The position numbers were made by a program, and so were the translations under genes. A stretch of 64,000 bases of DNA from Macrostomum lignano (Eukaryota): positions 481,167 to 545,166 of the forward strand of contig NIVC01000544.1 in assembly GCA_002269645.1 (NCBI GenBank), written 5' to 3'. This document shows, piece after piece, positions 11,213-23,908 of the stretch. The notes below the pieces were generated by a model. That model saw only the letters and a program-made list of their open reading frames with translations, was not told the origin of the DNA and made no database searches. Numbering within the stretch: position 1 is the first letter of the stretch; the number at the start of each line of letters is the position of its first letter.

Positions 11213-14200
11213 TCTGGTAAGTGATGACTCAATTATAAAGCATGAATCAAAATTCAAATATCAAAGTATATATTGCAATACTATCTTAAAATTGCCAACC
11301 TCTAATTTTATTTTCATGTTTAGTAGATTTTAATAGCTCAATATGTCAATCAAAAACTTACTAAAATTATGGTAAGTAAAAGTGTAATGGCAATGGCATA
11401 GTAAATATTTGTAGCTAATTATACTTCATGAGTTAAAATTACTACAATATACATCATTGCAGTACTTTCCAACAAGTGATAGTCATAATATTTTTTAACA
11501 TTTGATATTACAGTAAAGATTCTCTAATTTCTAATTTTAGCCACCCAGTCAGAAATGTCATGCGTTATGCTGACTTTAGCTCACGAAAACAATAATATTT
11601 TCAATAATAATGGTATAAACTTTGGTACGTCTGTGGTCTATATAGTTAAAAATTTACAAAAATAAAGTTTATTTTAAAACGTAAATCTTAAATTTATGAA
11701 AATGAAATTGTTCGTTCACTTAACCTTTAAATACTAGTTAAATGAATAATCACCCAGGAATAAAATCATGGCCAAATCTTTGATTCTACGAAAATCATGA
11801 AGTTAAATTTTTTCGAGACACGTATATTTAGCCTATGCTAAAGCATCAAACCGTACATCAATATAAAGGTAAAGACGTTAATTACTATAAAAAATTTTAA
11901 TACCTTCTTGTTGAAAAAAAAATTTCTGCTTTGTTATTTTGTGAAAGTATCGGAATATTATCTGGCACGTGGGTGGGTTCAACATCATGAATTCGCCGTC
12001 ATCTATCCCGCAGCGACGCCAAGTACACTGAGTACACTGGGTAGAGTAGGCCTACTATTTTGTATTATTTACAGCTCACTAACTTCAACTATAGTCTACA
12101 CCAAGGATACTTAATGCTAATTAAGATAGTAAAAGGCAGAGGGGTACAGACCAACATGCAACATATTTATTTTACTCATCAGGCGTAATATGGTTTTTAA
12201 TCTTTTTTTTGCTAGAAATCCACCCGCCAAGTTAGCCAAGGCCTAGCTCATCATCAGGATCACATCGACATCAGTCTCAAAGGCAAAATTCAGTGGCCAT
12301 TAGTAGTTCTGTGTCATTTCGTTGTCACCAATTTTGTTGTCTAGGTAGGCCTAGTCTATCATTAGAATATCACCCCATTGGCATTGGCTAGGCCTAGGCC
12401 TAGGCCTATCCCTAAGCTATCCCATCATTCCCCACTGGCCACCACCTGTTTTTTGTACAATGTGTATCACATCATCAGCACTCACTTACTCAGCATTGCC
12501 ATAGGGGTCCCAAACATTCTAAAATTTAAAATTTAAAATTGCACCCTGATGGCCTGATTGAAATTAAAAAAGTGGGTGTGGAAGTGTGGTTTAGATATAG
12601 TCTTATGATATATTTTCCATTTTAATCTCATTTTCATCATTTGCACTGCCTTTAAATAAAATCTAGAAAATAAGAGAAGCAGTCAAGCAAAGTGTCAATG
12701 TTAATATATTCTTTAAACACAAAAAAATGTGTAAACCTATTAATGTGTCTATATTTCTAGTTTTCTAAAGTAAAAAATGCATTCTAAGCATGAAAATGAG
12801 TCCATGTGATAGGGTTTACATATCTATTGGGCTTGCTAAATTTTGAGTTTGTGATATTTGAGTGCTTAATCATAGTAATATTGATAATTTTTAAGACTTT
12901 CTAATTTTAGTAGCATAATTCAAACATACAAACAAACCTTAATTATTTAAAATTTTAATATATTTGGATTAGTAGCATATAAGGAGTCAGGGAACACTTG
13001 TGTAGCCCTGTGCCCCTTTTGCTATATGCTTGATATCTCTCGTTCCCTAAAATTACTCTAGGCCTATACCCTTAATTGTTTGTCTCTAATAAAAAACCTA
13101 GCTAAGCTAAGCTTATTAGGCGGGTTATTCCATGATAGGGTCATCAAAGGTATAGAAATTTTTTTAAAAATTATTTGCAAATGTGAATATTTCATTTTGC
13201 ATATAATTATGTATAGTTTCATTTTTATGTAGTTTCATACACATTTATCTACCTCTAGGTATATATATTTTGTTTTGATCATGGTACCCTTGCAAGATTT
13301 TAAATGTCCCGCAGGACATTATAAAAAGTTTAATCTAGTTTTCAATAAGAAAAAAAGTTAATAAACATAATGCATCAAGTGCATAAATAATAAAAATCTT
13401 TCTTTCTTATATCTAAAGATCGAAATTATAAAATTTTATGATCTAATATAGTTCTATCTATCATAATTTTTTATTTCAAAAAGTTTGACTTCCCTTTTTT
13501 AAGTGTTAAAAACGACCATCATTTTTTTACAAAAAGTTGTTGTACTAATTTTCAATGGGTTTATAAGTTGATAATCCAATATCCTAAAAATGTGATGTTT
13601 GTTTGTTTTTTTTGCTAAAATATTTTCTGAGCCTATATTTAAGTTTATAGTCATTTTTGTTAGTTTATGATAAGTGTACCATGGTAAAAAAACCCTGCAA
13701 AGTTACCTAACAACCATCATTTTCTGGTATTCTGAAATTTGTTGATCTTCATAAAACTTGAATTACTATCATTTATTCCTAAATTTTATAGGGCCTACAA
13801 AAAACTGAATTTACTGATATTCTAAAATCATGTCTTTTTTAATGTGAATTACTTATTTAATTTCTCTTTCAAAGTTTTTACAGTTTTGATTGTAAAGAAA
13901 AATATAGTGGAATTCAAGTCTTTTATTAAAAATGTATACTGTCAATTACTTGTTTGATACCTTAAAATCATTTTCAACCTGCACTATTAAAAAGGTTGTT
14001 CCAATTACTAACCATGCACCTAGAACTCTCCACTTTAGTTTGCAATGCATCTTAACACATGCCCCAATCTTCAGCATAAGTAGTCTAACTAGACTCAAGT
14101 TTTTACTATCCATTGGTGCTACTGCTTATTGCCTAACAAATAATCTGTATTTGCCTTTGGTTTTATTAATTGTTATATTCTATTCTTTGAATTCTTGAAT

Positions 14201-15804
14201 AGATTAGGACTGTCCATCTTTATAATCATATGTTGAGTTGTGCAATCATGAAGTGATGTTTTTGTTGAAGGTGCATAAGTACATTTGATCTGAAATGTGA
14301 AACAGGTATAATAAATTTTATGGTTAGACAAGCAAGTTATAGTTTTTATATGAACAACTATGGATTATAAACAATCTTTTAACCAAGATTGTATCTAAAA
14401 ATAGAGAATCCTAATACACTTTTTAAAACTGAAGGTCATTTTTTTGAAACAAATGACCGTCAGTCAACGACCGTCATTTAAGAAAAATGTTCAACACAGT
14501 TAAAGTTATCTACTAAAATGTAACAATTGTTTGTAACCATTCATCTAGCTATTGTTTACTACAATTAATGATCAATTGAGACAAAAACTTGCCTGATTCG
14601 CAGAAATCTTAAACTTAAGTTATAAAGTTGGATACATAAACTTTCACCAAAAACAACCGTCATCAAAAGTTTCTCTCTGCTAAATCAACACAGTAAGACA
14701 AATGACTTTAAAATGTATCTCATCTTAATCTAGAGGTCACGCCCATAAATATAGAACTCACAAAGTCTCAATTTAGTTTGTCTTTTGTATGATTACTGAT
14801 TAATATTTGCTCCAACCCAACAACTGTCATCTCGTGGAATTACCCAGGCCTAGTATCATGATTCTAAAATTTACTATACTAACAACAATCATATAGGCCT
14901 AGCTTGAATAGAAGAAATAATATAAAGCCTAAAGGTTGGATAATAGGGCCTATTATATTTTCAAGATTTTTGAGACTTGAGATCTATAGACCCTTACTTT
15001 TGAGATATTAAGATTTGATTAAGATTTAAGATTAAGGCCTAAATTAGGTCTATTAGCATTTAGATATAGTGGCCTTATTTATATTATTCTAGGCCTATCT
15101 ATCAATGTAAATATTATTTTTTTTGTTAAATTTATACAATGTCAAAGATGATAATAGAAAGAAAATTATTAATATTATCATAATTAGCTTATTAATATTA
15201 GTAACTTAATAATATATTTGTAACTATGTCAAATATAAATATAATAACCTGAATGTATTCATAGTTATAAATATAAATCTTAACTTTTTTGAGATCTCTA
15301 AACTAGGATCAAGATTTAAAAAATGCCAAGATTTTAATGATCAACATTGAGATCTAGATCTTGTCTAACCCTTAAAATAATGGGAATATATAAAAAATAA
15401 TGAATGGAAAACTAACAATGAATAATAATTAGAAATGCCAATGGAAATAGATAATTTTTTATATTATTATTAAGCCTTTAAAATGTACTATAGTCTTTAA
15501 TATAAAGTATAAAATTATTTGCAATAAGAAACATTGTCAAATGTCAATTTTTTTGTTAGCCTAGGTTTATTCAAGGCAAGGAGATAGGCAATAAGGCCTA
15601 ATATCTCTTATTTGGTTACCCTATTATAGCTGAGGTCTAAACTATTGTAGATATTTCCTTTCTTATATCAGACAATATCAAAATATTAGACTATGCCTGT
15701 ATTGCCAAAGGCCAATTTGCATTAGATGCTATTAGCAATAATATCTATTAGGCATTGGCTATAGTAGAGTCTAGGCTATAGCTATATATTATAATGATAT
15801 ATAC

Positions 15805-16060
15805 TTAGCAACATGTTAAAGTTTCCACCCCAAAGCTAGTGGTCAACTGATAAATTGTCATTAGTTTTAATGAATGAATGAATTAATTAATTCTTAATAT
15901 TATGATTGACAATACACTAATATTAGTTTATTTTTTTCATATTAGCTTGATTGTGAAATCAGCCTATATAAGCCTGCATGTATGAATTATGTCACTTAGA
16001 GCTGAGATCTAAAGAAAGTTGACCACTGGTGTTGGGATAGAAACTTTAATATGTTACTAA
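15805..16060. mobile_element. MITE-like element with 44-bp imperfect inverted arms
   Basis: 15805-15848 versus the reverse complement of 16017-16060 match at 37/44 positions. No TSD resolved. Confidence 0.55.
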
Positions 16061-16366
16061 CTATGCTAGGTATATATCATCCTTAATCCTTCTCCGTATA
16101 CCACTATTACTAAACTATAATATAGGGTGGCCTACATAATGTGCCTGATTTATTTTTGTCATTTGAAACCAATGTTGACAAAATTTTAACACAATGTTGC
16201 CATAAGTATAGCATTATATTTACAAAATTTATGCTTGCAAGCATTCACCTATATATACACACATATGTACAAAGCAAATTGAATGTAGCATGCTAATAGT
16301 TGATAGTTAATACTTTTTTTAACATTCAACTTTATATCTCCACTTGTATATATGTGCATAAGTGCT

Positions 16367-17040
16367 TGTTTCACAGGGTTATTTTATTATAGCTTAATCC
16401 TAGACCATTTGTCACTAATTTGTTACAGGGGTGTTTATTTACGATGGTTTGATCCTATTGCTTAGCTACCAATTTGTTGCAGGCCTTGCATTGCTGCTAC
16501 CAAATTTGTTGTAGGGGTTGGAAGATTATGTTGGGACTTTTTTAGAATGAGAATAATGTTCAGTTTTATTACTATAAGGAGTAAGCCTAGGGTTGTTCCT
16601 AGTAACATTGTGTCCAAGCAGCAAGACACTGTCTACTCAGTCTGGGGAAATAATAGAAAGGGGGGAAGGTAAGTAAGGGCTTCGCAGTGGATTAGAGTTG
16701 CCCTAGAGAATTTAGCGCACTAGGGGAATTCTAGTGGCTAATAGGGAATGCTGGTATGAAGGATTGATTGCTTCATTGGGAATTAGGTAAAAGAGATAGG
16801 GCGCCTAAGATTTAGGGACAATCTGAAGGAATTGGGCAGTGACGTGGCAGTCTCTTCATTGTGGGGAAGGGAGCGGGGCAGCTCAGTGGGTGGTTGTACG
16901 TTCACAAGGGAAAGGGTGGAATGGTTTGGGACAAGCCTGAGTCTTCTGGGGAAGTGCTTGCGGGGAAAGGAAAAGGGGGGATGACTGTGTGTCTCTATTG
17001 TACAGCTCGCCTCAAAGAAAAAAAGGGGGAAGGACTAACA
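16367..17040 (-). mobile_element. Diverged LTR remnant (solo-LTR-like) related to the Gypsy LTR at 50994/60149; right boundary uncertain
   Basis: Co-linear motifs shared with the Gypsy LTR: TGT..AGGG..TTTTATTAT..AATCC..TCACYAA.TTGT, GTAAGSCTA.GG, CCAAGCRGCAAGACACTGT and AGGGGGATGACT. No TSD identified. Confidence 0.55.
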
Positions 17041-17471
17041 AACTCTAATATCTATTTTTAGAATAGCTGTTCATTGGGGCTCAAGAACAGGACAGAAGCT
17101 TGATTAGACCAAGGCCACCAAGAAGGATGCTTTTCTACTGTATATTTAGCTTGCTTTTATAGTAATTTTTATCAAAATGGTGTATGCGTTATAACAATGA
17201 TATTTAGTTTTAAGCAATATAGACATGATTATATATAAAAATAGTATTTAATGCTGACTAATTGTATTTTAGGAAAGTAATTGCATAGACTAAGTAAGAA
17301 TAAAAAGAGATAATGCGTGTAATTTACGTAAGCACGAACTAGGGCTGCTACACTTGCATACATAAATTTTGCAAATATGTTGTTATACTTGTGTCTCATA
17401 TTATCTGCAAATTTTTTTAACTATTGACAATCATACTATCAAACCTTTTCCAGTCTAGCCACATAGCCACA

Positions 17472-20400
17472 ATGGAATCAAAAGGGCAGCAAGAAAAATT
17501 CAGACATCCAATATTACCTATCATTGAATTTTATCTTGGACAGAATTACAACCTACTTATTATCTTGAGAGGCTTGCCTGGTAGTGGAAAATCAACACTT
17601 GCAAAGTAAGAAAGTTTAAAATAGATTTATATTTTTTGCATTAGTTAACAATCTGAAATTGATATCTATATGATTAATATGATTGTATAATAATTTAATT
17701 TTAGATCTATTTTGGCTGCATTTGGCAACAATGCATGTTGCATATGTAGTGCAGATGATTTTTTCTATAGTCCAACAGGAGAGTATGACTACAACCCAAC
17801 ATTCATCTCAAATGCTCATGTTCAATGTAGAAAGAAAGGTAAGCAATGTTTTTCTAAAGTTTCTAATTTATCTATTTTTTAAGTAGAGATTGATGTGAGC
17901 ATATGCTCACTTATATTAAGCAATAAGTAGTAACCAGTTCAATGAGCATCGCATTCAAAATGTTAACGTGACTAGAATTGTTAAAGAGTCATTGCAAACA
18001 ACTCACCATTGACTCTAGCGACTCTAGGGTCGCGAAAAAAGTCGTATAATAGTTGTTCTGCTGGCGCTCAACTTTCTACTGACTTAAGTAGACTAAATAG
18101 AGTAGAGTCGCAGACAACAAATCGAACTCTTAGGCGACTCTTTGACAACTTTTTGCCGACTTGTACCGTGACATTTCGGTAGTCCCTTCTTTCCTATTTT
18201 ACCTGTGCTACCTGCAACGACTCTGGGGCGACGCAAGTGACTCTGGGATGCTTCTTGGCCTGGGTCACTGTTTTTATTCGATTAGACAAGGTATTGCAGT
18301 AGTATCCAGTTCAATGAGCAATGAGTATCTAACTAGTTTCGAGTTATTTCAACCATTTTTACAATGCCAAATAAATAGCCAGCCAATTATATGACGCTAT
18401 TGCTCACCTACTACCAATTTTAGTAAGCAGTTGCATGTTGGATTGCAAGCCCGTTGTCATTATCGACAATACAAATATTAAAACGAGCGAGTTTGTATCA
18501 TATTTACCTCTGGCCGCTACTCATAATTATCTGAGCATAGTAACTGAACCGAATACGTATTGGAAATTCGATGTTGTCCAATTAGCCCAACGCAATGTGC
18601 ACTCTGTGCCTAAAAAGAAGCTGCAAGAACTGCGCAAAAATTTTGAACAATTGCGTTTAGTTGATGACGAAGATGGCGTTGAGCAGCTGCCCAACGAAGT
18701 CTGCAATGTCGGAGCTAAATTGGCCAACGCGCTGGTTAACGATTCGCGCCATGGTAATACGGTGTATTGCCTAAAAGTTTTACAATTGCCAAAGGTTAAC
18801 AGCGTTCATACTAGATCTCAGGTGGGTCACCATGTGTTTGTGTGGTAGAGGGTTTATTTGAAGCTATGCTATTTATATCTATTAGTTTTATTAGCCCTGT
18901 TTATCAGAAAGTTAATACGTTTGGCAATGTTAATGATTCCGGCAAATTTTAGCAAATAAGAAAGTTGAGGTTCCCCCTTGTTGGAGAGGAATATTGATTG
19001 CATGCATATGATCAAAGACATGATCATGCATATGATCAAAGACATGATCATGCACATGATCAAAGACATGATCATGCATATGATCAAAGACATGATCATG
19101 CATATGATCAAAGACATGATCATGCATATGATCAAAGACATGATCATGCATATGATCAGACATGATCATGCATATGATCAAAGACATGATCATGAATATG
19201 ATCAAAGACATGATCATGCATATGATCAGACATGATCATGCATATGATCAAAGACATGATCATGCATATGATCAGACATGATCATGCATATGATCAAAGA
19301 CATGATCATGCATATGATCAGACATGATCATGCATATGATCAAAGACATGATCATGCATATGATCAAAGACATGATCATGCATATGATCAAGGACATGAT
19401 CATGTATATGATCAAAGACATGATCATGCATATGATCAAAGACATGATCATGCATATGATCAAAGACATGATCATGAATATGATTAAAGACATGATCATG
19501 CATATAATGATGGTATTTGAACATGAAGATCAAAAAAGTTTGCTCTTGTTATTTACTGATATTTTCTATTAAAAAATAACACTGCAGGCAAGACACCAGC
19601 CAATGGATCAATATCGTCAGCCTGAAATGGTTCAATCATTTAACGATTGCCTTCGAAGCGTTGCTCACGTCAACGAATGGCGCAGTCTGTTCGAGACTCG
19701 GCCTCAACAGACTCCAAGCAATAGTGTCGGTGTAGATGCTGATCTAGCTGCTTCATCATTGTGCTCGAATGAGGTCGTTGCCGACGCTCAGGTCTGTTTA
19801 GTCGCGGATCGCGTCGCAGCCATAGAAGAGGACGACAATTCCGCTTATCTAGCTAGCATATTTCCCGACTTTGATGCCGAAGTGCTGATTGAAATGTATC
19901 GAGCTAATGAGAACGATTTGACGGCCACTATCGAACAGTTGAATCAGTTATCTGAGGCTTACAAAGGCGATGCTAAGCTACCAGTTGAAGATGATGGTGC
20001 TGGCATGGCTCCGCTTCCAGTCTCTAATGAATGCTCTCCGTCATTATTGGTGTCTGAACTTGTGGAACAGCAACAATCTGGTGTGGAATTCTCTGTAGGA
20101 CTCGAAGAAAGTCCTAAGTATGTAGCTAATAGGGCTTCTAAAAGTCCAGTTGCTGCCGAGGTTAAGAATATGTATAGCGATGATCAGGTAAAAGCTTTAA
20201 TTAAAACTCTAACATTTTTCTACCTGATCGTCAATAACAAAAAGTGTCTAAGGTTGTGAATGCGCTTTGTGACTGTTGTGTCTGGTGTTACCTGGTGAAT
20301 GCGCTTTTTGCCTGTTGTGTCTTGTGTCACCTGTGACTCACTTGTGGCTATTGTCCCTTATCATCAGGTAAAGTCGCTGTTAGAGACAGCTTAAAAAACC

Positions 20401-21427
20401 TGGATATTTCGCTACAAAACATTTGCAGGCACTATCAGGATTTATTACTAAGACCAACTTAATGGCTTTGCATGAACGATTTGGTAAAAAATTGAACTCC
20501 AAAAACAATGCAACTGTTGGCAATTTATTATCTGAAGTTGGCGAAGATTTCTTAGCCGATTGGACTCCGCCAGATGAAGTTTTGTCGCTGATTTATTTGG
20601 CCTTTCTTGACCATATTGGCGTGTCTGCGCAGCAGCAGCAGAAGCAGCGCCAACCCGTATCGTCTTACTCTTCGCCAGCCCTATCAGACAGCCGGTGGAG
20701 AGCAAGCGATCCATTATCGAGTCGGATTAATCTTGACCGACTGTTTAGAGCTTTTCCAGGCCTATCTGAGGACGCGGCCGCTTCTCTACTAGCTGACTGT
20801 GGCAATAGCTATGAAGCCGCCTTTGCCACTTTGTTAGAGTGCGGCCTTGAGCCGGCCACAGAGCCTGACGGCGCGGCTGCTGCTAGCTCCGCGGTATTCA
20901 AGAAGTCTCCATCACCGATTGCAGCCGCAGCCTCCTCATCTACGTCTTCTGATGAAGCTACTAAATTAGGAGGCCTATTCGATCAGTTGAACCTAGTTAG
21001 CGCTGATTATCGTGCTCAAAGACGCGATTATCTAACTAAAGCCGCTTACGCTAAAGATCCACGAGCTCAGGGCCATTATATGCGTCAGGCTGGCTCGTTA
21101 GCTCAACAGGAGCGACAGGAACGGGCTGAGTTGGTTGGCATGGCAACTAGAAGCAGCGGCAATAACCTCGGAATCCGACTGTTCGGGTCCAGGGAGAAAC
21201 AGTTGGATTTGCACGGCATGAACGCTAGCGAAGCTATACAAGCTTTAAAGACTACTATGAATAGTAGTTCAAGCAGCGGATTAAAGACTATTAAAGTGAT
21301 TACTGGACACGGGAAGCACTCTAATAGCGGTCCAGTATTGAGGCCTGTTGTTAGAAATTTTCTCCAGCAAAAGTGTATCCAATTTGAAGAGCCGCATCTC
21401 GGCTGTTTTGAGTTGCGTCTCACTTAG
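17472..21427 (+). CDS. N4BP2: NEDD4-binding protein 2-like (P-loop polynucleotide kinase + 2 CUE-like + DUF1771 + Smr nuclease domain), 5 exons, ~754 aa
   Basis: Exons 17472-17605, 17705-17838, 18424-18821, 19588-20187, 20429-21427 with consistent GT-AG phases (2265 nt). Motifs: LRGLPGSGKSTLAK, CSADDFF, VIIDNTN, CUE-like LASIFPDFD and LFRAFPGLS, Smr LDLHGM...VITGHGKHS. AATAAA at ~21435 and ~21451. Confidence 0.9.
19005..19505. repeat. 24-bp palindrome-rich minisatellite (ATGATCAAAGACATGATCATGCAT), ~21 copies, N4BP2 intron 3
   Basis: Direct tandem copies with occasional 3-nt-shorter units. Confidence 0.95.
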
Positions 21428-21499
21428 TTGTCAATCAATAAATTATTAATTAATAAACTAAAGGTCGTTAGAAAAGTACATTCTGGACTAAAATTGACA

Positions 21500-21557
21500 T
21501 TTCATCGCATACATGCGCAACACCCGGCCGGCTGGCGAGGGGCCAGCCAAGGTAAGT
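21500..21557 (+). promoter_or_regulatory. Candidate Raptor promoter / non-coding first exon with consensus donor
   Basis: GC-rich patch with CATGCGCA, ending CAAG|GTAAGT (donor at 21552). An acceptor-like GAGCAG| lies at 23901, 7 nt before the Raptor ATG. Confidence 0.4.
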
Positions 21558-22559
21558 CGCAAAAATGCCCACTCGAAACAACCGAAGTAGTACTAATTAG
21601 ACGACGAGGCATTTAGCCTACAAATTACAATCGTAGTTATTCCTGCCGTTTACCTTTGATAAGTATGTTAATTTTTGTTTGTTTCTTTTATGAGTAAGAC
21701 TCGGCCAGTGTAAATCAGAGGGGTTGCGCATGTGTGTTTCATTGCTCTCTTTCTTTTGCTCTGGTACAGTGTTATTTTTTATTTAAAATTTTCACCGAAA
21801 TGAAATGAAATTTTTTCAAGATTTTTTTGTATTACTTGCAGTAGCCAATTTTCCACAAAGTACTTTGCTACCGTCGCGGGACAATATTTTTGTTAATTGT
21901 ATTTTTTCATTGGTTTTGGTTTCATCAGAACTGCACTATCTTTTCCATTAGCTTCTGTTTGCTTACATCTTTTTAAAAATGAATTTGTTAACTTCGTGAT
22001 TCTATTGATTGGTTTTTATGAAACTATGCGCTATGCTTTTCTATTTAATACCCTATTTCTTTATCTCACCATTTTTGTAGCTGCACTATTCACTACACTG
22101 CTAACCCCTGTTTTTCATAACATATTCTGTGTCCATTTGCTTGATCCCTAAGCGTCATTTATAGCTATGAGCAGAAGGTCCTGAAGCATTGCTTATAGCT
22201 ATGAGCAGATGGTCCTGAAGACACTGCTCGTCAAAATCAGTACAGTACTCGTAGTATTTGATTCAATATTTTGCCACCGCTCGACTCGCAGTAACTGCTG
22301 TTCCTGTTTTTTGTCTTTATTATTATTTATAACGCTTACTGACAACTCTTTGTTTTGACTGTGTGTCTTTGTTTAACTTGTTTGTTTTGTTTTTTTTCTT
22401 TGTTTTGAATGCCTACACTACCCTATTGGTTGACCTCCTTTTCACATTTTCTTCAGGAACAGAAAATAGGAAGAACTGTTTGTATATTTTGTATTGTATT
22501 TTCTCCATGATATGTTGACTTTTTTCGAATTTAAATTCTTTCAAAACTATTTGATTTAG

Positions 22560-23765
22560 GTTCATAGCCATTTAGTTTGGATCATAGCCATTTAGTTTGG
22601 ATCATGGCTAGTTAGTTTGGATCATAGCAAGTTAGTTTGGATCATAGCAAGTTAGTTTGGATCATAGCCAGTTAGTTTGGATCATAGCCAGTTAGTTTAG
22701 ATCATAGCCAGTTAGTTTGGATCATAGCCAGTTAGTTTGGATCATGGCTAGTTAGTTTGGATCATAGCCAGTTAGTTTGGATCATGGCTAGTTAGTTTGG
22801 ATCATAGCCAGTTAGTTTGGATCATAGTCAGTTAGTTTGAATCATAGCCAGTTAGTTTGGATCATAGTCAGTTAGTTTGGATCATAGCCAGTTAGTTTGG
22901 ATCATAGCCAGTTAGTTTGAATCATAGCCAGTTAGTTTGAATCATAGCCATTTAGTTTGGATCATGGCTAGTTAGTTTGGATCATAGCCAGTTAGTTTGG
23001 ATCATAGCCAGTTAGTTTGGATCATAGCCAGTTAGTTTAGATCATAGCCAGTTAGTTTGGATCATAGCCAGTTAGTTTGGATCATGGCTAGTTAGTTTGG
23101 ATCATAGCCAGTTAGTTTGGATCATGGCTAGTTAGTTTGGATCATAGCCAGTTAGTTTGGATCATAGTCAGTTAGTTTGAATCATAGCCAGTTAGTTTGG
23201 ATCATAGTCAGTTAGTTTGGATCATAGCCAGTTAGTTTGGATCATAGCCAGTTAGTTTGAATCATAGCCAGTTAGTTTGGATCATAGCCAGTTAGTTTGA
23301 ATCATAGCCAGTTAGTTTGGATCATAGTCAGTTAGTTTGAATCATAGCCAGTTAGTTTGGATCATAGCCAGTTAGTTTGGATCATGGCTAGTTAGTTTGG
23401 ATCATAGCCAGTTAGTTTGGATCATAGCCAGTTAGTTTGGATCATAGCCATTTAGTTTGAATCATAGCCAGTTAGTTTGGATCATAGTCAGTTAGTTTGA
23501 ATCATAGCCAGTTAGTTTGGATCATAGTCAGTTAGTTTGAATCATAGCCAGTTAGTTTGGATCATAGCCATTTAGTTTGAATCATAGCCAGTTAGTTTGG
23601 ATCATAGCCAGTTAGTTTGAATCATAGCCAGTTAGTTTGGATCATAGCCAGTTAGTTTGGATCATAGCCAGTTAGTTTGGATCATAGCCAGTTAGTTTGA
23701 ATCATAGCCAGTTAGTTTGGATTATAGCCAGTTATTTTGAATCATAGCGAAGTATTTTAATTCAT
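22560..23765. repeat. 20-bp minisatellite (ATCATAGCCAGTTAGTTTGG), ~60 copies, with a 340-bp higher-order duplication
   Basis: Variant CATGGCTA units recur 340 bp apart (22743/23083, 22783/23123). Confidence 0.95.
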
Positions 23766-23908
23766 AGCCAGTGATTTTGGGTCTTTGCCAGGGATTCTAG
23801 GGAGTTGGCATCATATTTTAATAATTGGGGTCATATGTGATAGGTCTGTCTAAATACATTCTCGTCACAAATAGTTAATCCCCATTTCCCGCCCCGAGCA
23901 GTACCCGC

